Source: Verrucomicrobiia bacterium
GTDB taxonomy: Bacteria; Verrucomicrobiota; Verrucomicrobiia; Verrucomicrobiales; DEV007
DNA length: 64,000 nucleotides
Reading direction: 5' to 3'
Assembly: GCA_030425385.1 (NCBI GenBank)
Contig: JAUIAH010000012.1
Location: 1 to 64,000 of the forward strand
Both the position numbers and the translations under genes were made by a program. Within the stretch, counting starts at the first letter, position 1. Every line of letters begins with the position of its first letter. The notes beneath the pieces were generated by a model. It had not been told where the DNA came from and made no database searches. It saw only the letters and a program-made list of their open reading frames with translations. Shown in pieces: positions 29,784 to 40,300 of the stretch.

Positions 29784-31838
29784 TTATCCAGCGATCTGCT
29801 TGAGCGCTTTGCCAGCATTCACGCCATCAAGTCCGAAGCGCTTGGCATTGTCTAACAAGCCCTGCAATTGCCCTCGCGTGTCGTCATCGTTGCAGGCAGT
29901 GATCATTTGACCGAGGGCAGCGCTGACACTGAGGTTCTTGAGGTCTTCTGTGGAGAAACCAAAGTCATCGATCCAGCGCTTTAGCTGACCACGGAAGTAG
30001 GCGGGATCTCCATTGAAGAAGGTTTCTTTGACATCGGTGAGGGCTTTGCTGTTATTCAGAGCCCTGTCGACCGCCTTGCCAGTGGTCACGGCTCCAGCGA
30101 TCTTGTCAAAGAAGGCGCTATCGCCGCCGATGATATCGACGTTAGCATTCTCGAGGGCTGTGCCCACGACTTCTGAGTGACGCGAGGCGATCTCACGTTG
30201 TGCTTCGATATCAGCCAGCTCGATCACTTTCCGCTTCTCTAGATCGAGGCGGAACTCCTCGTGTTCGCGTCCTTCGCCGTCGAATTGCTTCATGGCTCCC
30301 GCCTTCTCGGTGATGCCTTTGGCTTCTGCTAGGGCCTTCAACTCGATGACTTTCGCCTCGGCAGCACCTTGCTTTTGTGAAGCGGCGGCCTTGGCCTCGA
30401 TTACCTGAGCTTCGCCCAAGCCCGTGGCGGCAGATTCTGCGGCGGTGGCTTCCGCGAGGGTCTTCTTGGCAATCGCCGTCTTGTCGGCGGCCGCCTGCTC
30501 CGCTTCGGCACTGATAAGAATCTCATCGGCGTGCAACTCGGCTGCTTGCTTCTTCGCCTCGGCATCTTTCACGGTGCGATACAGTTCCTCATCGGCCTTC
30601 ATTTGCGCCGCTTCCTTCGTGGCCTCCGCTTCTTTGATCTGTTTCACGAGCGCTTCTTGCGCCTCCATCTCGGCAAGCGTCACTTTCACTTTCCGCTCCC
30701 GCTCGGCACCAGCAAAGGCCTCGGTATCCTTGATCTTCTCTTGCTCTTCTACGACCGTCTTCTCCACGGCGACGCGCTCTTTGATCACGTCTTGAATGTT
30801 CTTCTTCTCGACCTCAAGCGCCTTGTCGCGCTCGATCGCTTTTAATTCCGTCATCCGTTCGCGTTCGATTTCCTCTAACATGCGGTCACGCTCCACCCGT
30901 TCGGCTTCCACCACATCCGTGCGTTCCTTATTGCGTTCCGCCACGATGACCTGGCGTTGCTTGTTCTGGGTGGCGATTTCAATCTCCTCTTCCGTGGCGA
31001 TGCGTGCGCGCTCGGATTTGAGGCGCTCTTCCTGGGCGACTTTCTGGGCTTCGGCTTCCTCACGTGCTTGCACGGATAGAATCTCGCGTTCTTGCTTGGC
31101 GGTTGACTCAGCCAGCTGCCGATTCAATTCCAAGATGGCTTCTTCAGCTTCCACATCTTGCTGACGGATGACGCGTTCCTTATCGCGATCGATCTGGTTG
31201 GCCAGTTTCGCCTGTTCAGCGGTCAGATCCGTGATCTTCTTGATCCCTTCGGCATCAAGGATATTGTCAGGATTCAAGCTCTCGAGTGGGGTTTGTTCTA
31301 AATGGTCAATGGCGCAGTCATCGAGCACAAAGCCGTTCAGATCCGTACCGATCAGCTTGAGGATCTCTTCGCGGAAGGTGTCGCGCTCTTCGTAGAGTTC
31401 GGCGAATTCGAACCGTTTCCCCACCGTCTTCAGGGCTTCGGAAAACTTGGCGTCGAAGAGATCCTGGATCTCCTCTTGGCTAGAGGCGCGATCGCAACCG
31501 ATGGCGGATGCCACGCGTTTCACATCCAACTCTTCATTGTTCACCCTGACAAAGAACACGACTTTGATGTCAGCGCGCATATTGTCCTTACAAATGAGCC
31601 CATCTTTCCCTTGGCGGCTGATTTCGATGCGCTTCACAGAGATGTCCATGACCTCCGCCTTGTGAATGACCGGAATGACAGGGACACCAGTGAAGCAGAC
31701 TTTCGTCCCGCCCATGCCATTGCGAACGAGGGCTTCGCCCTGGCTCACTTTGCGATAGCACTTGATAATGAGGATGATGAGGCCGACGACCAAGAGGATG
31801 GCCACGGCGATGAGGACTTTGGCGACTTCAGCAGGCAT
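29784..31838 (-). CDS. Flotillin (SPFH/band-7 domain, YqiK-like) with a long Glu/Ala/Lys-rich coiled-coil region
   Basis: N-terminal TM VLIAVAILLVVGLIILII. SPFH block GEALVRNGMGG...VPVIPVIHKAEVMDISVKRIEI. Extended EA-rich flotillin repeats. The preceding gene is NfeD-like. Confidence 0.85.
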   Translation of the reverse strand: MPAEVAKVLIAVAILLVVGLIILIIKCYRKVSQGEALVRNGMGGTKVCFTGVPVIPVIHKAEVMDISVKRIEISRQGKDGLICKDNMRADIKVVFFVRVNNEELDVKRVASAIGCDRASSQEEIQDLFDAKFSEALKTVGKRFEFAELYEERDTFREEILKLIGTDLNGFVLDDCAIDHLEQTPLESLNPDNILDAEGIKKITDLTAEQAKLANQIDRDKERVIRQQDVEAEEAILELNRQLAESTAKQEREILSVQAREEAEAQKVAQEERLKSERARIATEEEIEIATQNKQRQVIVAERNKERTDVVEAERVERDRMLEEIERERMTELKAIERDKALEVEKKNIQDVIKERVAVEKTVVEEQEKIKDTEAFAGAERERKVKVTLAEMEAQEALVKQIKEAEATKEAAQMKADEELYRTVKDAEAKKQAAELHADEILISAEAEQAAADKTAIAKKTLAEATAAESAATGLGEAQVIEAKAAASQKQGAAEAKVIELKALAEAKGITEKAGAMKQFDGEGREHEEFRLDLEKRKVIELADIEAQREIASRHSEVVGTALENANVDIIGGDSAFFDKIAGAVTTGKAVDRALNNSKALTDVKETFFNGDPAYFRGQLKRWIDDFGFSTEDLKNLSVSAALGQMITACNDDDTRGQLQGLLDNAKRFGLDGVNAGKALKQIAG

Positions 31839-31873
31839 AGGTTTCTGGTGTTCGAGGTTGAGGTGGTTGGTGA

Positions 31874-32512
31874 TCAGGAATCGAGTTTGCGAACAATGTA
31901 TGTTTGCGCGTTGTCGAGCGTCTCCACGACGAGGGCGCGATCGCCCTTGCTGAGTGGCTTCTGGCCCTCGGAAATGCGGACGTGGAGGAGGAGGGGATTC
32001 CCCGATTCATCCTCACATTCGGCTTGTCCGAAGTCTTCGGTCACTTCACTTGTCTTGATGATGCAAGAGCGCCCCACGACGGGGCGATGTTTCTCGCCCG
32101 CACGGAGGGCGCGCATGAAGGGTTTCAGCGGTGTCGTCACCAACTTGGTGGCGAAGAGACACACGATGAAATTGCCTAACAAAAGTCCGGCAGCCAAGGG
32201 CAGAGACCCTTGGGGATTCAGGTAGTAATTGAGTAAGACCGACGTGCCCCACATCAAGGCGATGAGCACGGATAACAAGACCATGAGGGGGATCTCCCCA
32301 AGGTTGAAGAACCGCAGTAACCCTAACCGGAAACTGCTTCCATGGGCGTCCGCATCGGCATCGGCATCGAGATCCACATCGAGGTCGGGCTCTAACGAAT
32401 CGGTATCTGCGGCGCCGACGATCGTGAGCACCCAGAAGAGCACGACCAATCCTAGCAAGATGGTGAGCGGGAAATTCGGGAGTTTGAGAGCTTCGTGTAA
32501 GAGATCAGACAT
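31874..32512 (-). CDS. NfeD-like / YqiJ-like (DUF1449) membrane protein with a C-terminal OB-fold-like domain
   Basis: Three predicted TM helices followed by a ~80-aa beta-rich soluble C-terminus. It sits 35 bp upstream of the flotillin gene on the same strand, the canonical yqiJ-yqiK arrangement. Confidence 0.75.
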   Translation of the reverse strand: MSDLLHEALKLPNFPLTILLGLVVLFWVLTIVGAADTDSLEPDLDVDLDADADADAHGSSFRLGLLRFFNLGEIPLMVLLSVLIALMWGTSVLLNYYLNPQGSLPLAAGLLLGNFIVCLFATKLVTTPLKPFMRALRAGEKHRPVVGRSCIIKTSEVTEDFGQAECEDESGNPLLLHVRISEGQKPLSKGDRALVVETLDNAQTYIVRKLDS

Positions 32513-32732
32513 TCAGAGGCACTGTTTCGGTATGCCTATGTTATGTGATCGAACTCAAACTGCGATTACAATCCCTCAGAGGGTTTCTAATGAGGAAATC
32601 CCCTGATATCCTATGTGACTCAAGATGGCAAGTCAATCCAAGAGCATGCCCACGGTGCCCGGCCGGTAGAAGGAACCGATCATCTCAATCTCGGGACGGT
32701 TCGCCGGGTAGATTCTCTCTTCCGCCCTCGGA

Positions 32733-33413
32733 TTAGCTCCGTCGGCGGCGAAAGAGCAAGGAGGCTCCCAACAGTCCGAGAAGGCTCACGGAGGGCTCAG
32801 GGATGGCATCAGCCGCGCGCAACTCCACGTCGTCGAACATTGCCGACTGCGGATTGGCTTGAGCATCCATCCCGTCGACCATGCCGACGCGAACGACAGC
32901 GCTCGTGGCACCGGCGGGAGCCACCGTCGAGAGCGTGTAATTCTGCCAGCTTCCATCTTTGGGATGGGAATCGATGTTGCTGGATTCCATTGACAGGACG
33001 TTGTCTGATCCATCGAGGAAATCGACCGAGAAGAATGTGGACGCCGCTGTGTAATTGGCTTCCTGCTTGCTCCAGACGGATAGCTCGTAACTGAGACCAC
33101 CCATGACAGCGACCGTCTGAGAAGCGGTAGCGTTCGCAAGGGCATCGCCCGCGGCTTGCGCGCCTTCGAACGCTTTCAGCCATAGACCAACGCCCGGGTC
33201 CCCATTGGGATTGCTTGCCCAACCGGCATCTTGATACTGTGCGGAGAAACCCGTGCCATCTGGCTGATTCGCTTCCAAATTCCACACAGGATTGGATTGG
33301 CTGTTGGCGGTAGACATCTCGAAACCCGAATCCACGAGGATGTTCGTAGCGCCCATGGAGGAAGTGAGGCCCAAGGCTGCGAGGGCTCCGACAAGAGGAA
33401 GGGGTGATTTCAT
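32733..33413 (-). CDS. PEP-CTERM sorting-domain protein with an N-terminal carbohydrate-binding-like beta-sandwich domain
   Basis: Signal peptide. C-terminus ...AIPEPSVSLLGLLGASLLFRRRRS (PEP motif + TM + Arg tail). The N-terminal ~150 aa are paralogous to the N-terminus of the adjacent 1261-aa protein (NLEANQPDG.GFSAQYQ.AGWAS...GLWLKAFEG). Confidence 0.7.
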   Translation of the reverse strand: MKSPLPLVGALAALGLTSSMGATNILVDSGFEMSTANSQSNPVWNLEANQPDGTGFSAQYQDAGWASNPNGDPGVGLWLKAFEGAQAAGDALANATASQTVAVMGGLSYELSVWSKQEANYTAASTFFSVDFLDGSDNVLSMESSNIDSHPKDGSWQNYTLSTVAPAGATSAVVRVGMVDGMDAQANPQSAMFDDVELRAADAIPEPSVSLLGLLGASLLFRRRRS

Positions 33414-33475
33414 GATCGTGAGAGTCTGGTTCAGCGTGGAATGGTAATCGTCAATCTGTTAAGGTAAAGCAGAAA

Positions 33476-36400
33476 CTACTGGGAATTCTGCAAACGATAG
33501 AACCCCTTTTCCTGAGATACGCGGGTCGGCTCGCGGTCGAGGTAGACGCCGTTCGACGATTGTCCAACTTCTTGCCAATCAACGAGATCTGTCGAGAAAG
33601 CAATGCCAACGGATTCCTGGGCATCCAGCTCCAAGCGGATGCCGTCGACGGATCGCTCAATCGTTTGGATCTGAGGTATCCCTGGAGCCGAGCTTTCACC
33701 CCTCTCAAAGGCGATGAGGACGGGGCTGAAGCCTTCTGGCAAGGGGCCATTGACCACGGCATCCCATTCTCCCACCTGGCTTGCTCGGTAGACTTCTAGG
33801 GCGGCCCCGCCGGTGCGATTATACATCAGCATCTCTAGGCGATGCTCCCCGGCCTCCAGGTGAATGGTGCGCATGGTGTGATTGCGACCGCGATTGCCGT
33901 CGAATTCGATGATCTCCGTCCCGTTGATGCGAAGTTGGCCCCCGTCATCGGAGTTGAAACCGATCCCCCACGGTCCGGATTCCGCGACCACGAATTTCCC
34001 AACGGCATGCACGATGAAGTGGTCTCCTACCTCACCGTCGAAGAGCACATCGCCAGGAAGGCTAGCGGTATTCGCCTCGGTGTCCGTGAAATTGATCACT
34101 TCGTGAAGCGCCACCGTCTCAATCCCTGGCGCCCTTCCATCGAGCAGGGCGCGTGCATCTGCTAGAGATTGCACTTGTCCATCATCGCTCACAATGGTGC
34201 GCACGACAAAGCGGTTGGGCTGGCTAGCAGCCGAAAGCGGATCGACGTCATTGTCCAATTCGATCTTATCACTAAACCCATCGCCATCGGTATCTGCTAG
34301 TTTAGGATCAGTGAGAGTTTCTTGACGTTCAGTGAGATCATTCAAGCCATCGCCATCGGTGTCCGCATTGATCGGATTCAATTCGAGCGCGATCTCCTCC
34401 TGATCTTCGAGCCCATCACTATCAGAATCACGTGCCGTGGGATTCGTCCGATGCACCATCACCTCCTCGCCATCGGAGAGTCCATCGCCATCGGTGTCGG
34501 CCACCTTGGGATTCGTGACCAGGGTCTGCTCGTTAAGATTGGTGAGCCCATCATGATCGGGGTCGGCTTCAGGCTCTGCTGACAAATCACCAAAGTTCTC
34601 CATTTCCCAAGAATCACGCAAGCCATCATTGTCCAGATCACCAGCATCGCGAAGCAATGTCAGGGTGCCGTCTCCTGAAATCCCTTCATCCAATCCGAAG
34701 ATCGCGAGCAGGTCCGCGGCGTCAAAGGGGCCGTTGGACTCGACCACATCGGAAAGGCTGAAGCTGACGTCACCACCTTCCGTGAGTCCGATCAAGTCGC
34801 CCACAGCCACATCGTCATCTAGAATCAACTCGAAACCGGTGCCCTGCAATTGCAGGATGGCATTAGGGCTGGAAAGGGGATAAGCAAAGGTGAGGGCTCC
34901 GTTGGCAATGCGAATCACGCCCGTGCCGAGCGATCCAGGAGTTGTCCCCGTCGCATCCACGCCATCAAACCGCATTTCCCCAGAGAACTGGCTTCCTGCC
35001 CCTGACAGCATTACCTTGGCAGTGGTCTCGGGATCATCACCGGTGAAACGCACGGTCCCATTGCCTTGAAGCACCGAGGCGAGGTCCAACTCATGATCAT
35101 GCACGGCAACGTCCACATCGCCACTCAGCGTCAACACCCCTTCCAGCCGATTCGAATTGCCAACATCGACCATGGCATCACGAATCACCAAAGGCGCCGA
35201 AGCGGAGCCCTCATGGGCCAATGATAGAGTCATGTGAGGTCCTCGCACTTCAAGCAAGTCTCCATCAAATGGGCCCCGGGAACTCACCAAGGTATTGGTC
35301 ACTCCGCCAAGTGCCAAATATGTTTTGCCGGCAGTAGGAACCGCCTCATCTGCCCAGGTCGCCGCCACGTTCCAAGCACCGTCCGCACCTGCCACCGTCA
35401 CTGTGGGAGCGTCGTTGGCGTTGAGAGGATCTGTCTCTAACGCTAACTCCACATTGTCCGCATACTCGTCTCCGTCGGTATCGCGCTTGGCGGGATCCGT
35501 TCCAATCACATTGACTTCTTCGGGATCTGTGAGGCCGTCGCCATCGGTATCCACCATGGCTGGACTACTCCCATGTTCCGCCACCTCGGCGCCATCTTCC
35601 AAGCCATCGCCGTCCGAATCTCTTTCCGTTGGATTTGCCATGGCTGCCAACTCATCGCGGTCATTGAGCCCGTCGCTATCGGCATCGCCGGTGCCGTCGC
35701 GCGTGAGATCACCGAAGAAGAAGCGCTCCCGGAAATCATCCATGCCATCACTATCAGTATCCTCGGTCACCACCTGGTGAACGTCATATCCTGACAAGAG
35801 TTCATAGAATTCTTCCGTCACTTGGGGTGGCTCCGTTCCTTCATCCAGGACGAGCCGTCCGATAAAGAGACTCACTCCGGCACCGCCTGCCGCCTCCCAA
35901 TGGAGCAGTTCGAAGGTGTGCAATCCTGCCTCCAATTCCGTGGTGAGCACCGAATTCATCCGCGAGCGATTGCCGAAGGTTCCCACCAACTCGCCGTCGA
36001 CTTTCAATTCGAAGCCATCATCGCTATTCACCACGAAGGGGACGATGCCGCCTTCTTTAAGATAGAATTCTCCCGTGGCTAGGATCGCATAATGATCGGA
36101 TCCTTGCAAAGACACCTCGCCGTCCAAATCCGGATCGAAGAGCGGATATGGCCGCGAAGCGCTTTCGTAGATTGGCGGCGCTCCGCCATCATCGAAGTGC
36201 ACGAAGGGGACCGTGAACGTTCCGCGCCCCTCTGCTTCTTGATCTTCAAAGGAAGCCCGCGCCAAGGCCGCATCGGTGATCTCAACGCCCGTGCCATAGA
36301 CATGCAAGACATCGACCGTTCCCCCCGCGTAGAGAATCGATCCGGGGACACGATGCCTGCCCTCGGCAGCGATCACTTCCCCATTCTGATCCACTGCTTG

Positions 36401-37237
36401 AAAGACCCAGGGAATCCTCGCATCTGCCTCAAACGGTGTTTCTGATAGATAGGTGAATGCGGTTAGCGTTCCCTGTTGTGAATTCTCTAATGGCACGTCC
36501 TCGCCCCCGAAAGTGAGTCTTGCTGAATCGGGATCCACGGTGCTTCCCTCGGTATTCTCTACCACAATGCGAAACCGAGTCGTCCCTCCGCCCGAATCGA
36601 CCACTTGCGCTACCGAGGCCAGTTCGACGGCGGTGAGGCTGAAGTCATCAACCATCGCGGACTGCGGATTTGCCATGGCATTCACCCCACCGACCATGGT
36701 TGCGCGCGCCTGGAGTTCCGTGGTGCCCTCTGGCGCCGTGCCCTTCGCCGAGAAGAATTCCCAAGAACCATCGGCGGGATGTTTCCCGTTCAGCTCGTTC
36801 TCCACACTGGCAAGGATCTCTCCGGCGCCATTGAGAAAGTCCAGGGCAAGAATGGTAGAGGCCGAGCTATAGTTTGTCTCCACCCGCACCGCGGCGCGCA
36901 ATTCATACCCCTGCCCGGCCTCTCCCGGCACGCGTTGGGTGAGGGTGACTTCAGCCGCAGGCTCCGTCTCCGAGTTGCCACCTTCGAATGCCTTCAGCCA
37001 GAGCCCGATCCCTGCGGTGCCCGCTGGGTAGCTCGCCCAGCCTGCCGATTGATACTGCGCCGAGAAATTCTGTCCGTCTGGTTGATTGGCCTCCAGGGTC
37101 CAACTTGGATTCTCCTGTGAGGCCGGCTCAGAAGCCTCTAGAGAGGGATCTGCCAACAGATTCACCTGTGCCTGAGCGAGAACACTGGTCGCTAGGAGAC
37201 CAGACGAAATGATTAAGAAGGGGGCCTTGGGTCGCAT
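33476..37237 (-). CDS. Giant secreted surface protein (~1250 aa) with: an N-terminal CBM-like domain; two PA14 domains; two blocks of thrombospondin type-3 (Ca-binding DxDxDG) repeats; and a C-terminal FYRL-ending beta-sandwich module.
   Basis: Signal peptide MRPKAPFLIISSGLLATSVLAQA. PA14-like segments GEFYLKEGGIVPFVVNSDDGFELKVDG and GKFVVAESGPWGIGFNSDDGGQLRING. Repeated DTDGDGLSDGEE-type motifs. C-terminus ...FSTDLVDWQEV...GFYRLQNSQ. Confidence 0.7.
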   Translation of the reverse strand: MRPKAPFLIISSGLLATSVLAQAQVNLLADPSLEASEPASQENPSWTLEANQPDGQNFSAQYQSAGWASYPAGTAGIGLWLKAFEGGNSETEPAAEVTLTQRVPGEAGQGYELRAAVRVETNYSSASTILALDFLNGAGEILASVENELNGKHPADGSWEFFSAKGTAPEGTTELQARATMVGGVNAMANPQSAMVDDFSLTAVELASVAQVVDSGGGTTRFRIVVENTEGSTVDPDSARLTFGGEDVPLENSQQGTLTAFTYLSETPFEADARIPWVFQAVDQNGEVIAAEGRHRVPGSILYAGGTVDVLHVYGTGVEITDAALARASFEDQEAEGRGTFTVPFVHFDDGGAPPIYESASRPYPLFDPDLDGEVSLQGSDHYAILATGEFYLKEGGIVPFVVNSDDGFELKVDGELVGTFGNRSRMNSVLTTELEAGLHTFELLHWEAAGGAGVSLFIGRLVLDEGTEPPQVTEEFYELLSGYDVHQVVTEDTDSDGMDDFRERFFFGDLTRDGTGDADSDGLNDRDELAAMANPTERDSDGDGLEDGAEVAEHGSSPAMVDTDGDGLTDPEEVNVIGTDPAKRDTDGDEYADNVELALETDPLNANDAPTVTVAGADGAWNVAATWADEAVPTAGKTYLALGGVTNTLVSSRGPFDGDLLEVRGPHMTLSLAHEGSASAPLVIRDAMVDVGNSNRLEGVLTLSGDVDVAVHDHELDLASVLQGNGTVRFTGDDPETTAKVMLSGAGSQFSGEMRFDGVDATGTTPGSLGTGVIRIANGALTFAYPLSSPNAILQLQGTGFELILDDDVAVGDLIGLTEGGDVSFSLSDVVESNGPFDAADLLAIFGLDEGISGDGTLTLLRDAGDLDNDGLRDSWEMENFGDLSAEPEADPDHDGLTNLNEQTLVTNPKVADTDGDGLSDGEEVMVHRTNPTARDSDSDGLEDQEEIALELNPINADTDGDGLNDLTERQETLTDPKLADTDGDGFSDKIELDNDVDPLSAASQPNRFVVRTIVSDDGQVQSLADARALLDGRAPGIETVALHEVINFTDTEANTASLPGDVLFDGEVGDHFIVHAVGKFVVAESGPWGIGFNSDDGGQLRINGTEIIEFDGNRGRNHTMRTIHLEAGEHRLEMLMYNRTGGAALEVYRASQVGEWDAVVNGPLPEGFSPVLIAFERGESSAPGIPQIQTIERSVDGIRLELDAQESVGIAFSTDLVDWQEVGQSSNGVYLDREPTRVSQEKGFYRLQNSQ

Positions 37238-37385
37238 CGAACAATCACAACACGTTCGCATTCAACAGCAAGCGCTTTGTGAAGAGAATGTTTCGATGTG
37301 TTAGCGTGTGCCTGCCCTGTGAAACGAAATGTCCTGATTCAGTGGCTTGCCTTTCTTGGTAGGGGGCAGAGCGTCCTTCTGTCTC

Positions 37386-40300
37386 ATGATTGTGTATCTC
37401 CCTATCAAACGCCTCTCGCTACTTCTCGCGTCCATCCATGCCAGCTTGCTCTGTCTCGCTCACAGCCAGGGCTTGGCCGATGGGTTGGTCTCCTATTGGC
37501 CACTCGATGATGGCCTTCCCTCACGCATGACGACTTCCATTAGCGATCTGCAAGGTGCCAATCCTCTAACATTAGACGCCTCGGATCCCGAATCTGCCTG
37601 GCTGACAGGGCCTTCGGCTAAGTCGCGCGGGGCGTTGCAAGTAGATGGCGAAAGCCGCTACGTGGTCGTGCCTTCATCGGAGACGCTCGATCTCGGCACG
37701 AATGCGGTGACCCTATCGGTTTGGGTGAACCTTGCGCAGTTACCCGCGGATCTGCCCGATGCCTTTGGCGGCATCTTTGATTCGGCGAATGATGCCTATG
37801 TCCTCTACCTCGATCGCGGTGCGAACGAGTTGCGTTTCAAAGTCACGGCGGACGGAGCGCAGCGTCCTGGAATCCCTGCCGCAGATCTCACGGTGGGCGA
37901 ATGGATGCACGTCGTCGGAGTCTACGATGGCGTGGAGTCTCGCATTTATGCCAATGGTGAATTGAAAGACACCCACGCAGGACCTACAGGCCAAGTGATC
38001 AGTGGGCAAATCGCCGGTATCGGTCGTAATGGGGACGAGGATCGCTATTTCCTTCAGACGGCAATCGACGAGATGGCGCTTTGGAATCGAGCCCTCACTG
38101 AATCTGAGATTCAGACTATCAGAGACACAGGGCTTGTCTCGATCGATGATTCGGAGGCTGATGGCATGCGAGATTCCTGGGAAATGGAGACGTTTGGCAA
38201 TCTCGACAGCGACGGGACGGGCGATGGCGACAACGATGGTCTCACTGATCTGGAAGAGTTCACCCACGGCACACTTCCAGACACGGCGGACAGCGACATG
38301 GATGGTCTGCAAGATGGCGACGAAGTGGCGACCTATGGTTCGGATCCACTGCACGCGGACACCGATCGCGATGGGATTTCTGATAGTGACGAAGTTGCTA
38401 GTAACACCAGCCTCACACGTGCAGACACGGATGGCGACGGATTAACTGATCTTGAAGAAGCCACCGTCTATCAAACCGATGGCACCCTGGCCGATAGCGA
38501 TGGTGATGGATTCACGGATTCCCAAGAATTGGCCGCAGGCACGGATCCCAATGTGCAGGGCGATTTGCCGGGCAGCAATACGGTCTTTCTGGTGCGTTCG
38601 GCGATGGCCGGGGAAACGTGGATGGAACCAAGCTTGTGGTCGGATGGGGCCGCGCCCCAAGCTGGAAAGCACTATGTGATCCCTGGATTCGGTGCCGATG
38701 AATTGGTGGTCATGGCCGAAGGCGAAACGACCTTTCCTGGCGATTCGCTTGCGGTCTTCACAGGTACTCAATTGCGCCTTTCTCAAGCGGGCACAGGCGT
38801 GATCACCATCCCCTCGCTCGTGCTCAATGGGGGGCAGTTGGTGATCGAGGGCACCACCGCATTGACCCTCGCCGGAGAGGTCACCGTCACAGGAAACACG
38901 CAGATTGCGTTAGGAGCCGAAGGCGACGCTGTCACCCTAGCATCCACCCTTGCAGGTGATGGTCAGTTGACCGTTCGGGCGCCCATGGGTGAAACGACTC
39001 CCCGCACCTTTATCCTGGCGGGCTCCGGGAGCACCTTTGCAGGTGATCTCATCTTTGATCACGTTTCGCTCAATGCCAGGACGCCTGGATCTCTTGGCAA
39101 TGGCAACGTCCACATGATCAGCAGCAGCATTGATATCGATTACAATGCCTACAATCCTGAATCCAGCTTAACCCTTGCGGGTGCTGGTTCTATCATTGTT
39201 CTTGATCAATTCCTGATCTTCAAAGCGCTTATCATCGCAGAGACCACATTTCCTGATGGCACCTATGACTTTGCAGCTTGGGAAGCGCTTGATCCGAATG
39301 CCGCCGATTTCATCATGGACGGCGGGGGAGCCATTGTGATTGGCGGAGATTCTGACAATGATCGGCTCCTAGATGCGTGGGAATTGCGCTATTTCCCCGA
39401 TCTTAGCACCTCAAGTGGCGGGGATGATCCTGACGGGGACACGCTCAGCAATGAGCAAGAATTCATTGCCGATACCAATCCTACCTTGCTCGACACGGAT
39501 GCCGACACGCTTTCTGATGCCGATGAAGTCAATACGCACGGCACGAACCCGCTGGTGAGTGATACGGATGGGGATCGCCTAACGGATGCCGAAGAACTCG
39601 CTCGCGAAGAGCCCAGCAATCCTCTGCGTGCGGACACGGACGCTGATGGTCTCTCGGATGGCGACGAAGTGCTCGACTATCTAACCAATCCTCTCCTTGC
39701 CGATAGCGATGAGGACACATATGCCGATGCCTTTGAGATCCATGATAATGGCGACCCATTGGATGCCAATGTGATCCCGCGATTGGCGCAATTGAACCTT
39801 CTCGACGGACTCGTTTCCTTCTGGACATTCAATGATGGGCTCACTCGGGCAGACACCTTGTCCATTGCCGATGTCCAAGGGCGCAATCATTTGCAACTCG
39901 TCTCACCAGATGCTGCCGCCGCTTGGCTATCAGGTGAACTGGCCAAGAATGACGGTAGCCTGCGCATTCTCGGAACCGAAACTTATGTGCCCGTTCCGAA
40001 CACGCCGAGCCTTAATCTCACGACGGATGCCGTCACGCTTTCGGCTTGGGTGCAGCTTGATGAATTGCCCAGTGCCATGGCGAGTAGTTTCGGTGGGATC
40101 TTCGATTCTCGCAATGACGCTTATGTGCTCTATTTGGATCGTGGCAATGCGGAATTGCGTTTTAAAGTCACCGCAACGGGAGCCGAGCGCCCAGGCATTC
40201 CCGAGTCAGAATTGACTCTTGGAGAGTGGCTGCACATCGCCGGTGTTTACGATGGCGCGGCGCAGGAATCCCGCATTTATCTAAATGGGCAATTGATGGA

